Below, in pieces: positions 12,468-24,600 of a stretch of 64,000 nt of DNA. Numbering within the stretch: position 1 is the stretch's first letter; each line of letters begins with the position of its first letter. The position numbers and the translations under genes were made by a program. The notes below the pieces were generated by a model. It did not search any database and was not told the DNA's origin. It saw only the letters and a list, made by a program, of their open reading frames with translations. Source of the DNA: Antedon mediterranea (lineage: Eukaryota > Animalia > Echinodermata); NCBI RefSeq assembly GCF_964355755.1, contig NC_092676.1, positions 20,106,871-20,170,870 of the forward strand. The letters run 5' to 3'.

Positions 12468-14117
12468 ACGAAAGCCCATTAATGCCATTTTAAGTATATG
12501 TTTTTCGAACGTAATCCGTTCTAACGAATTAGTAATTCGTTTGAACGGATTAATAATCTGTTCAAACGAATTAGTAATCCGTTCAAACGAATTGCAACAT
12601 ATACAACAAGTGCCATTTAAAGTATATGTTGTAATTCGTTTGAACGGATTACTAATCCGTTCAAACAAATTACTAATTTGTTTAAACGGATTACTAATTT
12701 GTTCAAACGGATTACTAATCCGTTCAAACAAATTACTAATTTGTTTAAATGGATTACTAATTCGTTCAAACGAATTACTAATTTGTTTAAACGGATTAGT
12801 AATCCGTTCAAACGAATTACTAATTCGTTCAAACGAATTAGTAATCCGTTTAAACGAATTAATAATTTGTTTAAACAAATTAATAATTTGTTTAAACGGA
12901 TTACTAATCTGTTTGAACGAATTAGTAATTCGTTTGAACGAATTAGTAATCCGTTTAAACAAATTATTAATTTGTTTAAACAAATTAATAATTTGTTCAA
13001 ACGGATTACTAATTCGTTAGAACGAATTAGTAATTCGTTTGAACAAATTAGTAATCCGTTTAAACAAATTACTAATCCGTTTGAACGGATTCCTAATTCG
13101 TTTTAACAGATTATTAATCTGTTTAAACAAATTAGTAATTCGTTTGAACGGATTAGTAATCCGTTCAAACGAATTACAACATATTCTTTAAATGGCACTT
13201 GTTGTATATGTTGCAATTGGTTTGAACAGATTACTAATTCGTTTGAACAGATTACTAATCCGTTCAAACGAATTACTAATTTGTTTAAACAGATTAATAA
13301 TCTGTTCAAACGAATTAGGAATCCGTCCAAACGGATTAGTAATTTGTTTAAACGGATTACTAATCTGTTTAAACGAATTACTAATTCGTTTAAACGAATT
13401 AGTAATCCGTTTAAACAAATTATTAATTTGTTTAAACAAATTACTAATTTGTTTAAACAGATTACTAATTCGTTCAAACGAATTACTAATTCGTTCAAAC
13501 GAATTAGGAATCCGTCCAAACGGATTAGTAATTTGTTTAAACGGATTACTAATCTGTTTAAACGAATTACTAATTCGTTTAAACGAATTAGTAATCCGTT
13601 TAAACAAATTATTAATTTGTTTAAACAAATTACTAATTTGTTTAAACAGATTACTAATTCGTTCAAACGAATTACTAATTCGTTCAAACAGATTAGTAAT
13701 CCGTTTAAACAAATTATTAATTTGTTTAAACAAATTATTAATTTGTTTAAACGGATTACTAATTCGTTTGAACGAATTAGTAATCCGTTTAAACAAATTA
13801 TTAATTCGTTTAAACGAATTAGTAATCCGTTTAAACAAATTAGTAATTCGTTTGAACGAATTAGTAATAGTAATTCGTTTGAACAAATTAGTAATCCGTT
13901 TAAACAAATTAGTAATTCGTTTGAACGGATTAGTAATCCGTTCAAACGAATTACAACATATACTTTAAATGGCACTTGTTGTATATGTTGCAATTCGTTT
14001 GAACGGATTACTAATTCGTTTGAACAGATTATTAATCCGTTCAAACGAATTACTAATTCGTTAGAACGGATTACGTTCGAAAAACATATACTTCAAATGG
14101 CATTAATGGGCTTTCGT
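12468..14117. mobile_element. Foldback-type non-autonomous DNA transposon with internal 21-bp repeats
   Basis: Long terminal inverted repeats ACGAAAGCCCATTAATGCCATTT...AAATGGCATTAATGGGCTTTCGT, 8-bp TSD AACATTCT at 12460-12467 and 14118-14125, and an interior of ~21-bp units (TTACTAATCCGTTCAAACGAA and variants). Confidence 0.9.
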
Positions 14118-15514
14118 AACATTCTTCGAATGAGGTTAAATAAATATTATTTTTTATTTACTAATCTTTTAATATCATATTTTATTGAATTTTACAATGT
14201 TAATACACAAAATATTTTACTAAAAAACATGATTTTAAGTAATTATTTTACCGAAAAATGGAGTAGGCCTAGTTCATACAACTGCCGACTGAGGGGCAAC
14301 ATGTTTACGTCATTTTTGGCTAAAAACAATCACTTTCGGTGATGTTTTAGGCCTTATATTTTGGAATCTACAAGCCAGATTTTCATAATTATTTCTTTAA
14401 TTATAATATTTAATAAATAATATATATACTAGTAAAAACCATGATATATAAACTTTTGAATGTACATCATTATCCCTAAACTAATATAAATATCTGAACG
14501 AGCACCGGCGGCGAAAGTTAGCATTTGGCGTTCCATAGAAAATAACGTTTTTCTGGCGGCGGCTGAACTTGTCGGCGGCTGAACTTGGCCTAATCCCTAT
14601 AGTCTAGGCCCTACCCTCGCACAGCAAGACGACGTCGCCTCCTCCTTTTCTCATCATTCAGTATATAACCTACTAGGGCTAGGCTAGGCCTATTAGTAGG
14701 CTAGGCCTATTATAGTAGGGCAGGCAGTTACTACTTTTTTGATATTCCTGGTATCCTTTATGGATTGTAGCCTTAGTAAACAGTGTGGAGCTTTATGTTT
14801 CAAATTTGGTATAGCTTTGTGTATACTTACCTCTTTCTTTATGCTTACAGATTAGAACTAGACCTAGCCTATAATTTCTTTTTCAATAATTTGTGTAGTT
14901 ATTTATTTATACAAAATTGAAATTGGAGCCGAAGCTGCTCCAGGCCACGTGTCGTGTGATGATGGAAAGGATGATGCGCAAAAAAATAATCGCCCTATTT
15001 AAATATATAGAGTGCGCTCTTCAGAATTTGCAAAAAACAACAAACGTTGGATGGATGGATGATGAGAGACAAACACATTGCGTAAATTTAAAATAAGAAT
15101 TCTAATGTAAATTATTTTTGTTTGTATTATTATTGTTGCGTTGTAATTAAAAGTAGAATTGCACTTATATCATTACAGATTTAGGTAGCATTTTTGGACA
15201 GTTAGGCAAGCAAGGCTGTATAAAGCCTAGGCCTACCACTAAACATTGTATCATGCTCTGCATGCAGGGCAGCGCACAGGCCAAAACGGTGGGGGAATTA
15301 AAAGGTAAATTATAATCGGCCTATCCTTGCTGTAGGTAGTGCTTAGCTAGCTGTATATGCTATTGTAATGTAGTCAAACAATTACCATAGATAACTAAAT
15401 AAGTCCGAGATGTAAACCCAAAAAACCCAATCATGTATGGATGAATGGTTATGAATATTGTACAATTATTAAAAATATTAATGGTTTTTTTTTCCCACAG
15501 AAAATTATTGAAAA

Positions 15515-16342
15515 ATGGCAAAAAATAAGGGCCTCGATTCTTTCAGTTTAAAAGGATGTGATAAAGGGTTTAACAATAAAAAGAAAGGGATCTTTGAACA
15601 GATTGAAACTCTTGAAACCAAGTACAATTCTAATTTGATTGATAGATTTTCAACAGATGATAAAGAACAAAGCTGTGATGTTGACACAAAAAACCCTGAA
15701 ATGTTTAGAACACCGAGCGAACGCCCAAGTAGAAGAAGGGACCAAACCTGCCGAGAAAAACTTGAATCGTCAATGAGAAAAGGATGTGAAGATTATAACG
15801 AAAAACCCTACACATCGAGAAAGGATTACAATAACAGAAAATATTCAACAACATTCAATAATAAACGGAAATCCAGACATGATTTTAGTGATCCGGCTAA
15901 ATGGACAAAATATTCTTTGGAAGATGTTGAGATCGATAGTGAAAGTAAAAATACATCCACAGCATTAGAATTTCTAGCAGAACAGCGGAATAGAAACTCG
16001 GATTCGGTTGTAGAAGAAGGGGTAAATTTAAACGATAAAATAACATTCTCAAAACCATCGGGGAAAGAAGTGGTTGATCTGGAAACAAAGCCTACGAAGA
16101 TGTATGGTAGTGTGTACAGAATGCCAGAGTGTGTAGTAGGTGCTAAGAAAAAAAACATATCGCAGAGATCACATCAAGATGGATCGAAAATATCAGCAGG
16201 TGGATCAGTTCAACTTGAATTTGACTTTGAGGATGGACAGGAATCGAATAAGGATAACAGTGAAGAGATGAAAACAAACATGTTTAAGAAAATTAAACAG
16301 AAAAAGTTTATCAGGAAAAGACAAGATATAGATGACATTTGA
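15515..16342 (+). CDS. TSSC4: TSSC4 (U5 snRNP-associated chaperone) homologue, 275 aa
   Basis: Hydrophilic ORF with DPAKWTKYSLEDV...NTSTALEFL and MPECVVG, matching the conserved TSSC4 motifs as I recall them. Acceptor tttcccacag at 15500 just before the ATG; AATAAA at 16399-16404. Confidence 0.85.
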   Translation: MAKNKGLDSFSLKGCDKGFNNKKKGIFEQIETLETKYNSNLIDRFSTDDKEQSCDVDTKNPEMFRTPSERPSRRRDQTCREKLESSMRKGCEDYNEKPYTSRKDYNNRKYSTTFNNKRKSRHDFSDPAKWTKYSLEDVEIDSESKNTSTALEFLAEQRNRNSDSVVEEGVNLNDKITFSKPSGKEVVDLETKPTKMYGSVYRMPECVVGAKKKNISQRSHQDGSKISAGGSVQLEFDFEDGQESNKDNSEEMKTNMFKKIKQKKFIRKRQDIDDI

Positions 16343-17984
16343 AAGAGAAATATGCAAAAGAAAGGACATAAGTTCAGCAATTATAGTATTATTAGATAAA
16401 TAAATACTCTGTAAAAAGACGAAATAACACAAATACACACTTTATTCAGATATTCTGTTACCAAATAATTATGCAGTATTATACAGTATGTTCATGGAGC
16501 TATATGGTATATTGAACTACTGTGTCAATAGATGTTGGCATAAGGTAAACCTTGACATTTGACCCCTGAAAAGGGCCAGAGGTCAATATGGTAATTTACA
16601 GTAAATCTGTATAAAAATTGTGATTTAGTTAGCATTTTTCCCTAAAATTGTTAAAAAATTGTATTGTTAACTGCTACCTGTATTTTTAGATTCCTTATTA
16701 GGATATTGTGGTGCACAATAATACTTCTGAAATAAATGTTTCAAATCACATTAAACATTAGGTAATTGTTGCATGTTTACAACAATTAATGTTTGAATTT
16801 TTGTAGCAGAGATTAGAATGTTTTTGGGAAGAAAAGATGCAAGGTTGTAAGACCTTTGTAGTATTTGAGCAACCATCTCTGAACGTTCGATTGTGATGCT
16901 TCAGAATTGATTTGATTGCATGATGAATACATTACCTTTTGTATATAATCAGTGGAAAATGAGCTATAGGTCAGCTCACCACTTAAGCAGGCAACTTATT
17001 AAAGTAGTATAGTTACAATACTACAGGATTTGTTACTACAGTATACAATAACAATTAATAACTACTAACTACTAGTACTACTTAATTAAAAAATAAAAAG
17101 TTGTACACTATTAAGGCATAACCAGATTTCATGATTACTTGTTATACGTACTATAAAAGTATACTTTAAAAAGAAAATGATTCTTTACTATTAAAACACA
17201 GCAATTATAGTTATTTTATTTCGCTAACTTGTGAGTGCAATATCATTTTTTTTAAAGTAACAAACTCTCCCAAAACAAACATATTTGTAAGATCCAAATA
17301 CCTAAAAATCAGTATTGGGAGCGTTGACTCTATTATTATGAAAAGGCTTGCAATATATTATGGTTTACACCTTTCACATTGGTTAGCAGGACGTTCCGCA
17401 AACTATGGACGAGGTGCCTCGAGTAATTGAGAAAAAAAAAACCACTGTTTATCATAGTAGGCCCCTATATTTTAGAAGTGTCGAGATTAATAATGGTGTT
17501 TGTTTGTTACGTGGTTAGGCCTGAAATTGCGTAACCATACCACCAAACTCCACTGATGTTTCTGAAGAAATGCATTTGTACTTATTACATGGTCCAGCTA
17601 GGTAGTTGGGCTGAGGTTAGGTCCCAGGGATTGGATTTTAGGCAGAGTAATAAAAAGTTTGCGGAACGCTGGGCTAGCAAATCTCTGAAACATACACACA
17701 CTGTATGTCTGGTAAAATCCAAAGTTTAGGCGGTGTGAAAGGAGTAAATTGTCATACTGAACACATATATACTCGATTTATACCTTATTACCCCCTCTTA
17801 GAAAACTAATTTTGCTAAACTAACTAAATAAAACCATTTTACAATGTTGCTCTGATAACTTCCACCACCACACCAATACCTAGTACTGCTAAAGACACGC
17901 ACATACCCACGCATACACACAATTTTAAAAACCCATTTCCCAAAAAACTTAATTCTTAAAATTCCACTAATCACCACTATACTA

Positions 17985-18492
17985 TTAGATATCACTGGTA
18001 AGAAACAAATTGATATAGAATCTGTCCAAAAAAGGGCTAGCAGAATAATACTGTGTAATGATTATATATGTTATGACCAAGCACTCAAGGATCTTTCTCT
18101 AGACACTTTATCTGATAGAAGGCGTAATCTAAGCTATAAGTTTGCTCTGAATTGTTCGAAGAGTATTCATTTCGGAAAATGGTTTCCAGTGAAGAATGTA
18201 AGTAACATGAAACTAAGACGTGTAAAGTATCAACAACTCAAATGCAGAGTTGAAAGATATAGAAAAAGTGCAATATCCCATACCTTATCTTGCTTCTAAA
18301 TGAATAATCTTGTATGTATTACCCCATATTCAGCGCAGTACTTTTCTATTTTTTATTGTTTTCTATTATTCCCTTTTCTAAATGTCTATGGTCCTTTAAG
18401 TAATATTTAGAATATGTGAATATCTTTGTAATTCAGCTTCTGCTGCGATGACAATATTGAAATAAATGAATGAAATGAAATGAATGAAATGA
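17985..18492 (+). mobile_element. 5'-truncated LINE 3' fragment
   Basis: Reads IESVQKRASRIILCNDYICYDQALKDLSLDTLSDRRRNLSYKFA, then AATAAA and an (AATG)n tail. Absent from the paralogous region near 34.1 kb. Confidence 0.75.
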
Positions 18493-18665
18493 TATTCTTG
18501 TTTTAAAGACATAATCTTTCAATCAAGATACATAATAATGACTTATTTTATCTCGTAATACATGTGACATATAACTCTAGCTTATGTCTTAACTAAGTAC
18601 AGTATTACTGTAGTTCTTAAGTAGAGGAAGACTGGTATAGGGTTTCACAATGGTAATCTTTGTGA

Positions 18666-21600
18666 TTATAGGTCTAGATCAATATAGCCACTGAATAACG
18701 TTACTACTAGTATAACAGCAAATCCAAGCAGCAAGCCGGCATTCTGAAGGAGAAATATTGAAATGTTGGTAGGAGATAGACTTGGATCATTGTAATTTGA
18801 ATGATTTATTTCTGGAAGCTGTGAAAAATAAAGAAACACATTAATTAGAAAGAGAAAATCTATACAGTAGCATTCAGGAACATAATCCGTGTTGCATGAG
18901 AGGGATTTTCACTATAACCATAATGTTTAGGTCTCATCCAAAAAAAAACATTAAAAAAATCAGGTTACATTTGTACCTACCATGTCCACAAGTGCTATAT
19001 ACAAAAAGATACCACCAGCCAGAGCAAATATCCACTCTTCTGCTTCCGTAAGCTCACCCAGTACAATGCCGATTGCAAGGCCGAAATAACAAGTTAATGC
19101 TGAGGCTAGGTTTGCCATCACAGCTTGCTTTACTGTCAAACCTGCATTTAAGAATATAGCAAAATCCCCTACAAAATAAAAACACAAAGCAGAATGGTTA
19201 CTCATTTCTAGGATCAATTCCCAAGTCAATGTAAAAATGTCAGGAAAAGTTAAGTATTATTTCGAGAAACAGCATAACATTTCTAATATCAAGTAAACAG
19301 ACAGACAGCAGACAGACAGACCACGGAGAAATACGTTAGGAAGGAACAACAGCAAGTATACATCAACAGAACAAACCTTCCCACCGCTACATGAATTATC
19401 TTATTGTTACGCAACATTTAACTGTTGCGTGTCAGATCTGAGCATGAGCGTAACCATTGTTTTGCTTGCAACGCGCCATCATAACTAGAGACTCGACCAC
19501 ATGGCAGACGGATGATCCGGCAAGACGTACCACATTGTGTTTCATCACAATTCAGAAGAAAAAAAACATAATAGTCTGATATATTAACATGGACTTTTAT
19601 GAATTAGAGGACAAATTACAACCAAGAATTCTTGAGGACTAAAGTTTGTATGCGAACATGACGACCAGGAAATTGAACCATTTTGTCTGTATATTGTCGA
19701 ACATACTATATTATACACATTTTCATAATTGTTTTTGGTAGTAAAATACTGTATATGCTTAATCTGTCTTTTCTGTATTTTTAGGTGTCAACTGACAATC
19801 AAGCAAGTTTGCTGAAGATGAACTTATTTCTCAATAGACAAACAATATTGAAAACATAACATCTGTGGCAGAAGTAACAATTTGAATAACTGAACGTGAA
19901 CTGTGGAACAGAGTCAATGTTCAATCCTTGATCCCCCAGTTAATTGGTACAGAAACAATCTAATACACTTTCCCATCAACCAGTACCGGGTGCACACACC
20001 ATTATGATGTGTTGTCTTGAGTATTGCTAGGCGATATGATAGTGGTCTAAGATTCTAGTTAGTACAATAAAAATCAGTACCTAATTCATGTGGAAACTCC
20101 TCACATATAACTGCTATAGAAATACTAATTCCACTAGCAATGGAGTGCGTGAATGATGCGCCAATAGCCAAGCCATCAATGAAGTTGTGCAGGGCATCGC
20201 CAAAGGAAATCATGTAGACTATTGAGGGAATTTCTTTCTTTGTCGAACTGAATCCAACCTCTGCCTGCTCATAGCCACAAATAGGCTTGCTATTGCCATT
20301 GTCACAGTCATTTGTCTGAAAAAGATTATTTTTTATTACACATAAATTTATCGGAATTGAAATTTTGACTTTCTTTTTATAATAATCTAATGATATATAT
20401 TTATGATTTGCATGTTACATTTTCTTTTTTTTTAAAACCTTATTATTATGTTTCATTGTTGTCTTTGATTATGTTTCTATTCTGCAATTTAAGGAAATAA
20501 ATGTTTATTTTGAATTTGAATTTGAAAAGAAAAAGATTATATGGTGATGTACAGTATATAGTCTATTGACTAATTTGATATTACTACAAAAGGTTGCAAT
20601 GTAAATGTTGTAATATTTATATAGCACAATAATCAGCAGATTGTTCCAAAAAAATAAAAAAGGATTTATAACAGATTATATTACAAAAAACTAACTCAAG
20701 ACCCAACAAATATGGGTGGATAGGAGTTGGCCGTAAATAAATATTTTTCACTCATTTATTTCACAGGAAAGTGTCCTTTTAATAAGGAAACTCCTGAATA
20801 GGGATTGGTCGTAAAAATATAATCCCTGTCATTCCATTATGGGAAGGTCTCCCCTTAATAGGGGTGTCTCAAAGGAAGGGTTCTACTGGAGTCACAATCT
20901 CTGTAGTGTTTACACTATCAAACTAGTTTGACAAAAACCAAATGGTAGTGATATTCCCAAATATGGCAGTGCTATGACATCATCCTGTTACTCTGTCACT
21001 TTATTTTATGTTTCAGGCCTCCTTTATAGGGATCAAGCCTTCTTTCAATGTTACTTTGTCATATTATGTATCTCCTTTTATTTTGTTACTATATCATTGA
21101 AAGTAAATAAATGTTTAAATGCAAAAAAAAATATGGGCACATAAACTTTGATAGTGTAGACAAGACTTAACAAGTACCTGTAAAGGTGGTGTAAGTTCCT
21201 CTGTATTCTTTTCATCTGATAGCGATACTTTACGCTCATGTATCGCAGTTCCATTGTAAGTATGACTACCTACTGTATGCATGTGGTTGTCTTCCATTAC
21301 CTCCAGTGTACAATGATTACACATATTCTCACTCAATGATATTGTTGAAACATTTTCTAGACTATCGTTAAGTTGAATTTTCTGTGGCATAAACAATTTA
21401 AAAAATAGTAAATCAATAACAAATATATACTGTCTATATTAAGTCATTGCTAAACTCTGTTTTGGAAAGATTAGCATATATCAATGGCAGTAACACTAAC
21501 GTTTAGGTAGCAGCACTGCTTAGGGTTTGAGAACAATTGTCAATATTATGTTCCCATACAGTAGAACCCTTATTGAGGACCCAGTTTAGTGTCTCTTAAT

Positions 21601-24600
21601 GTGGTTTCCACTGAATAGGTGTTAGCTGTAAGTGTTAAACATATGCCCCTCATTTGTATCACAAGAAAGTGTCCCCATGATAGGGGTGTCCTCTGAATAG
21701 AGGTAGCTGTAAGTGTTAAACATATAGTGCCCCTCATTTGTATCACAAGAAAGTGTCCCCTTGAAAGGGGTGTCCCCTGAATAGAGTTAGCTGTAAGTGT
21801 TAAACATATAGTGCCCCTCATTTGTATCACAAGAAAGTGTCCCCATGATAGGGGTGTCCTCTGAATAGAGGTAGCTGTAAGTGTTAAACATATAGTGCCC
21901 CTCATTTGTATCACAAGAAAGTGTCCCCTTGAAAGGGGTGTCCCCTGAATAGAGGTAGCTGTAAGTGTTAAACATATAGTGCCCCTCATTTGTATCACAA
22001 GAAAGTGTCCCTTTGATAGGGGTGTCCTCTGAATAGAGGTAGCTGTAAGTGTTAAACATAGTGCCCCTCATTTGTATCACAAGAAAGTGTCCCCATGATA
22101 GGGGTGTCCTCTGAATAGAGGTAGCTGTAAGTGTTAAACATATAGTGCCCCTCATTTGTATCACAAGAAAGTGTCCCCTTGAAAGGGGTGTCCTCTGAAT
22201 AGAGGTAGCTGTAAGTGTTAAACATAGTGCCCCTCATTTGTATCACAAGAAAGTGTCCCCATGATAGGGGTGTCCTCTGAATAGAGTAGCTGTAAGTGTT
22301 AAACATATAGTGCCCCTCATTTGTATCACAAGAAAGTGTCCCCTTGAAAGGGGTGTCCCCTGAATAGAGTTAGCTGTAAGTGTTAAACATATAGTGCCCC
22401 TCATTTGTATCACAAGAAAGTGTCCCCATGATAGGGGTGTCCTCTGAATAGAGGTAGCTGTAAGTGTTAAACATATAGTGCCCCTCATTTGTATCACAAG
22501 AAAGTGTCCCCTTGAAAGGGGTGTCCCCTGAATAGAGGTAGCTGTAAGTGTTAAACATATAGTGCCCCCCTCATTTGTATCACAAGAAAGTGTCCCCTTG
22601 AAAGGGGTGTCCTCTGAATAGAGGTAGCTGTAAGTGTTAAACATATGCCCCTCATTTGTATCACAAGAAAGTGTCCCCATGATAGGGGTGTCCTCTGAAT
22701 AGAGGTAGCTGTAAGTGTTAAACATATAGTGCCCCTCATTTGTATCACAAGAAAGTGTCCCCTTGAAAGGGGTGTCCCCTGAATAGAGTTAGCTGTAAGT
22801 GTTAAACATATAGTGCCCCTCATTTGTATCACAAGAAAGTGTCCCTTTGATAGGGGTGTCCTCTGAATAGAGGTACTGTAGCTGTAAGTGTTAAACATAT
22901 AGTGCCCCTCATTTGTATCACAAGAAAGTGTCCCCTTGAAAAGAGTGTCCCCTGAATAGAGGTAGCTGTAAGTGTTAAACATATAGTGCCCCTCATTTGT
23001 ATCACAAGAAAGTGTCCCTCTGAATAGAGTTGGCTGTATAGTGTTAAACATATATTATCCCCTGCACCCCATTTGTTTCACAAGAAAGTGTCCCCTAGGT
23101 ATAGGAATGTCTTAATGGAGGAGTTATTGTATTTAACCCTATCATAGTTGATTGTCATAGAAAGAAACAGTTCCATGTACTCATGCAAACATGTGTATAC
23201 ATTTTTTACATACCTTTTTTCTTCCCACATCTATGATCTTTAGAATTCTTTCTATCAAAAAGAAAAGGTAGATTCCACCTAGAATTGTCATGTTCTTCCA
23301 GACAAATATTTTACCTTCTGTGTCCACATCCATCCCATGAGCCTATAAAAAAATAAATTAATCATTGATAAAATATTCCATATAAGGAAGGGTGGAGGAG
23401 GGGAAGGGTGGAGGAGCGGAAGGGTGGAGGAGCGGAAGGGTGGAGGAGCGGAAAGGTGGAGGAGCGAAAGGGTGGAGGAGCGGAAGGGTGGAGGAGCGGA
23501 AGGGTGGAGGAGCGGAAGGGTGGAGGAGCGGAAGGGTGGAGGAGCGGAAGGGTGGAGGAGCGGAAGGGTGGAGGAGCGGAAGGGTGGAGGAGGGGAACGG
23601 TGGAGTAGGGGAAGGGTGGAGGAGCGGATGGGTGGAAGAGGGAAGGGTGGAGGAGGGGAAGGATGGAGGAGGGGAAGGATGGAGGAACGGATGGGTGGAG
23701 GAACGGAAGGGTGGAGGAGGGGAAGGATGGAGGAGGGGAAGAGTGGAGGAGGGGAAGGGTGGAGGAGGGGAAGGGTGGAGGAGGGGAAGTTTTTCACCGA
23801 TGTATTGGGATATTAAGTCCGAACATATGGAAGGATAGGATATTTTTACTTATTTTCAATGGTTTGACAATACATATATAGTGCAATATTGCACTGATGA
23901 AGGACTAGTGTTGCCCGAAAGCTCTGCTAACTTTTCTGGCTGTTTACTTTATCGTTTTGATTTAGCTTTTCGCTTTTTTTTTGTATCTCCATTGAGATCC
24001 AGCCACTGATACCCACAGCATTGTCATTTTTTTCAGTAATTTGCCTTTGGATTTATATATAGTGCAATAGACGGATACAGTATAACTAGTTTGAAGAATT
24101 AGTAACTGAAAACAAAGAAAAATGTACAATTATGTATAGTAAAATTGTCTATTTTCTTAAAAGTATGGCAGCCAAAAGATTTATTTTAAAAAAAAAGAAT
24201 ACTCATCTGATACAGATGTCACTCATTTAAAGTACAGTATATATTTTATATAACACCTAAATAAATTCCTGTCATTTGATTGGACAATTGTGGGTCACAT
24301 TGCATGCAACAGTATGCACTATTGAACAGTCATTCTATAATACTTTTTTTTTGTGTACGAAAAAAAAAATCTTTTAGTTTTTATTTTATCGTTTTGATTT
24401 AGCTTTTTGCTTATTTTATTTATATACATACATATTTATATAAATAATAACATTATAATAACAGTATTTTACTCACCTCTGGTATAAGGCATAATACAGC
24501 ATTTGCAGCTAAGGTACCCACAGCTAAAGACACTAGAAACATTAAAACCTTTTTATAATGTTTCTTGTTCATTAATGGAACAACGCACATACCAAGTACA

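Noticed and set aside
12447-14342. Long overlapping ORFs up to 353 aa on both strands
   Set aside because: By-product of 21-bp repeat units lacking stops in some frames; heptad-repetitive translations inside a TIR/TSD-bounded element.
21570-23881. ORFs in the 84-bp and 16-bp arrays (Pro-rich or Gly/Glu-rich)
   Set aside because: Translations of intronic tandem repeats; the ZIP exons splice around them in phase.
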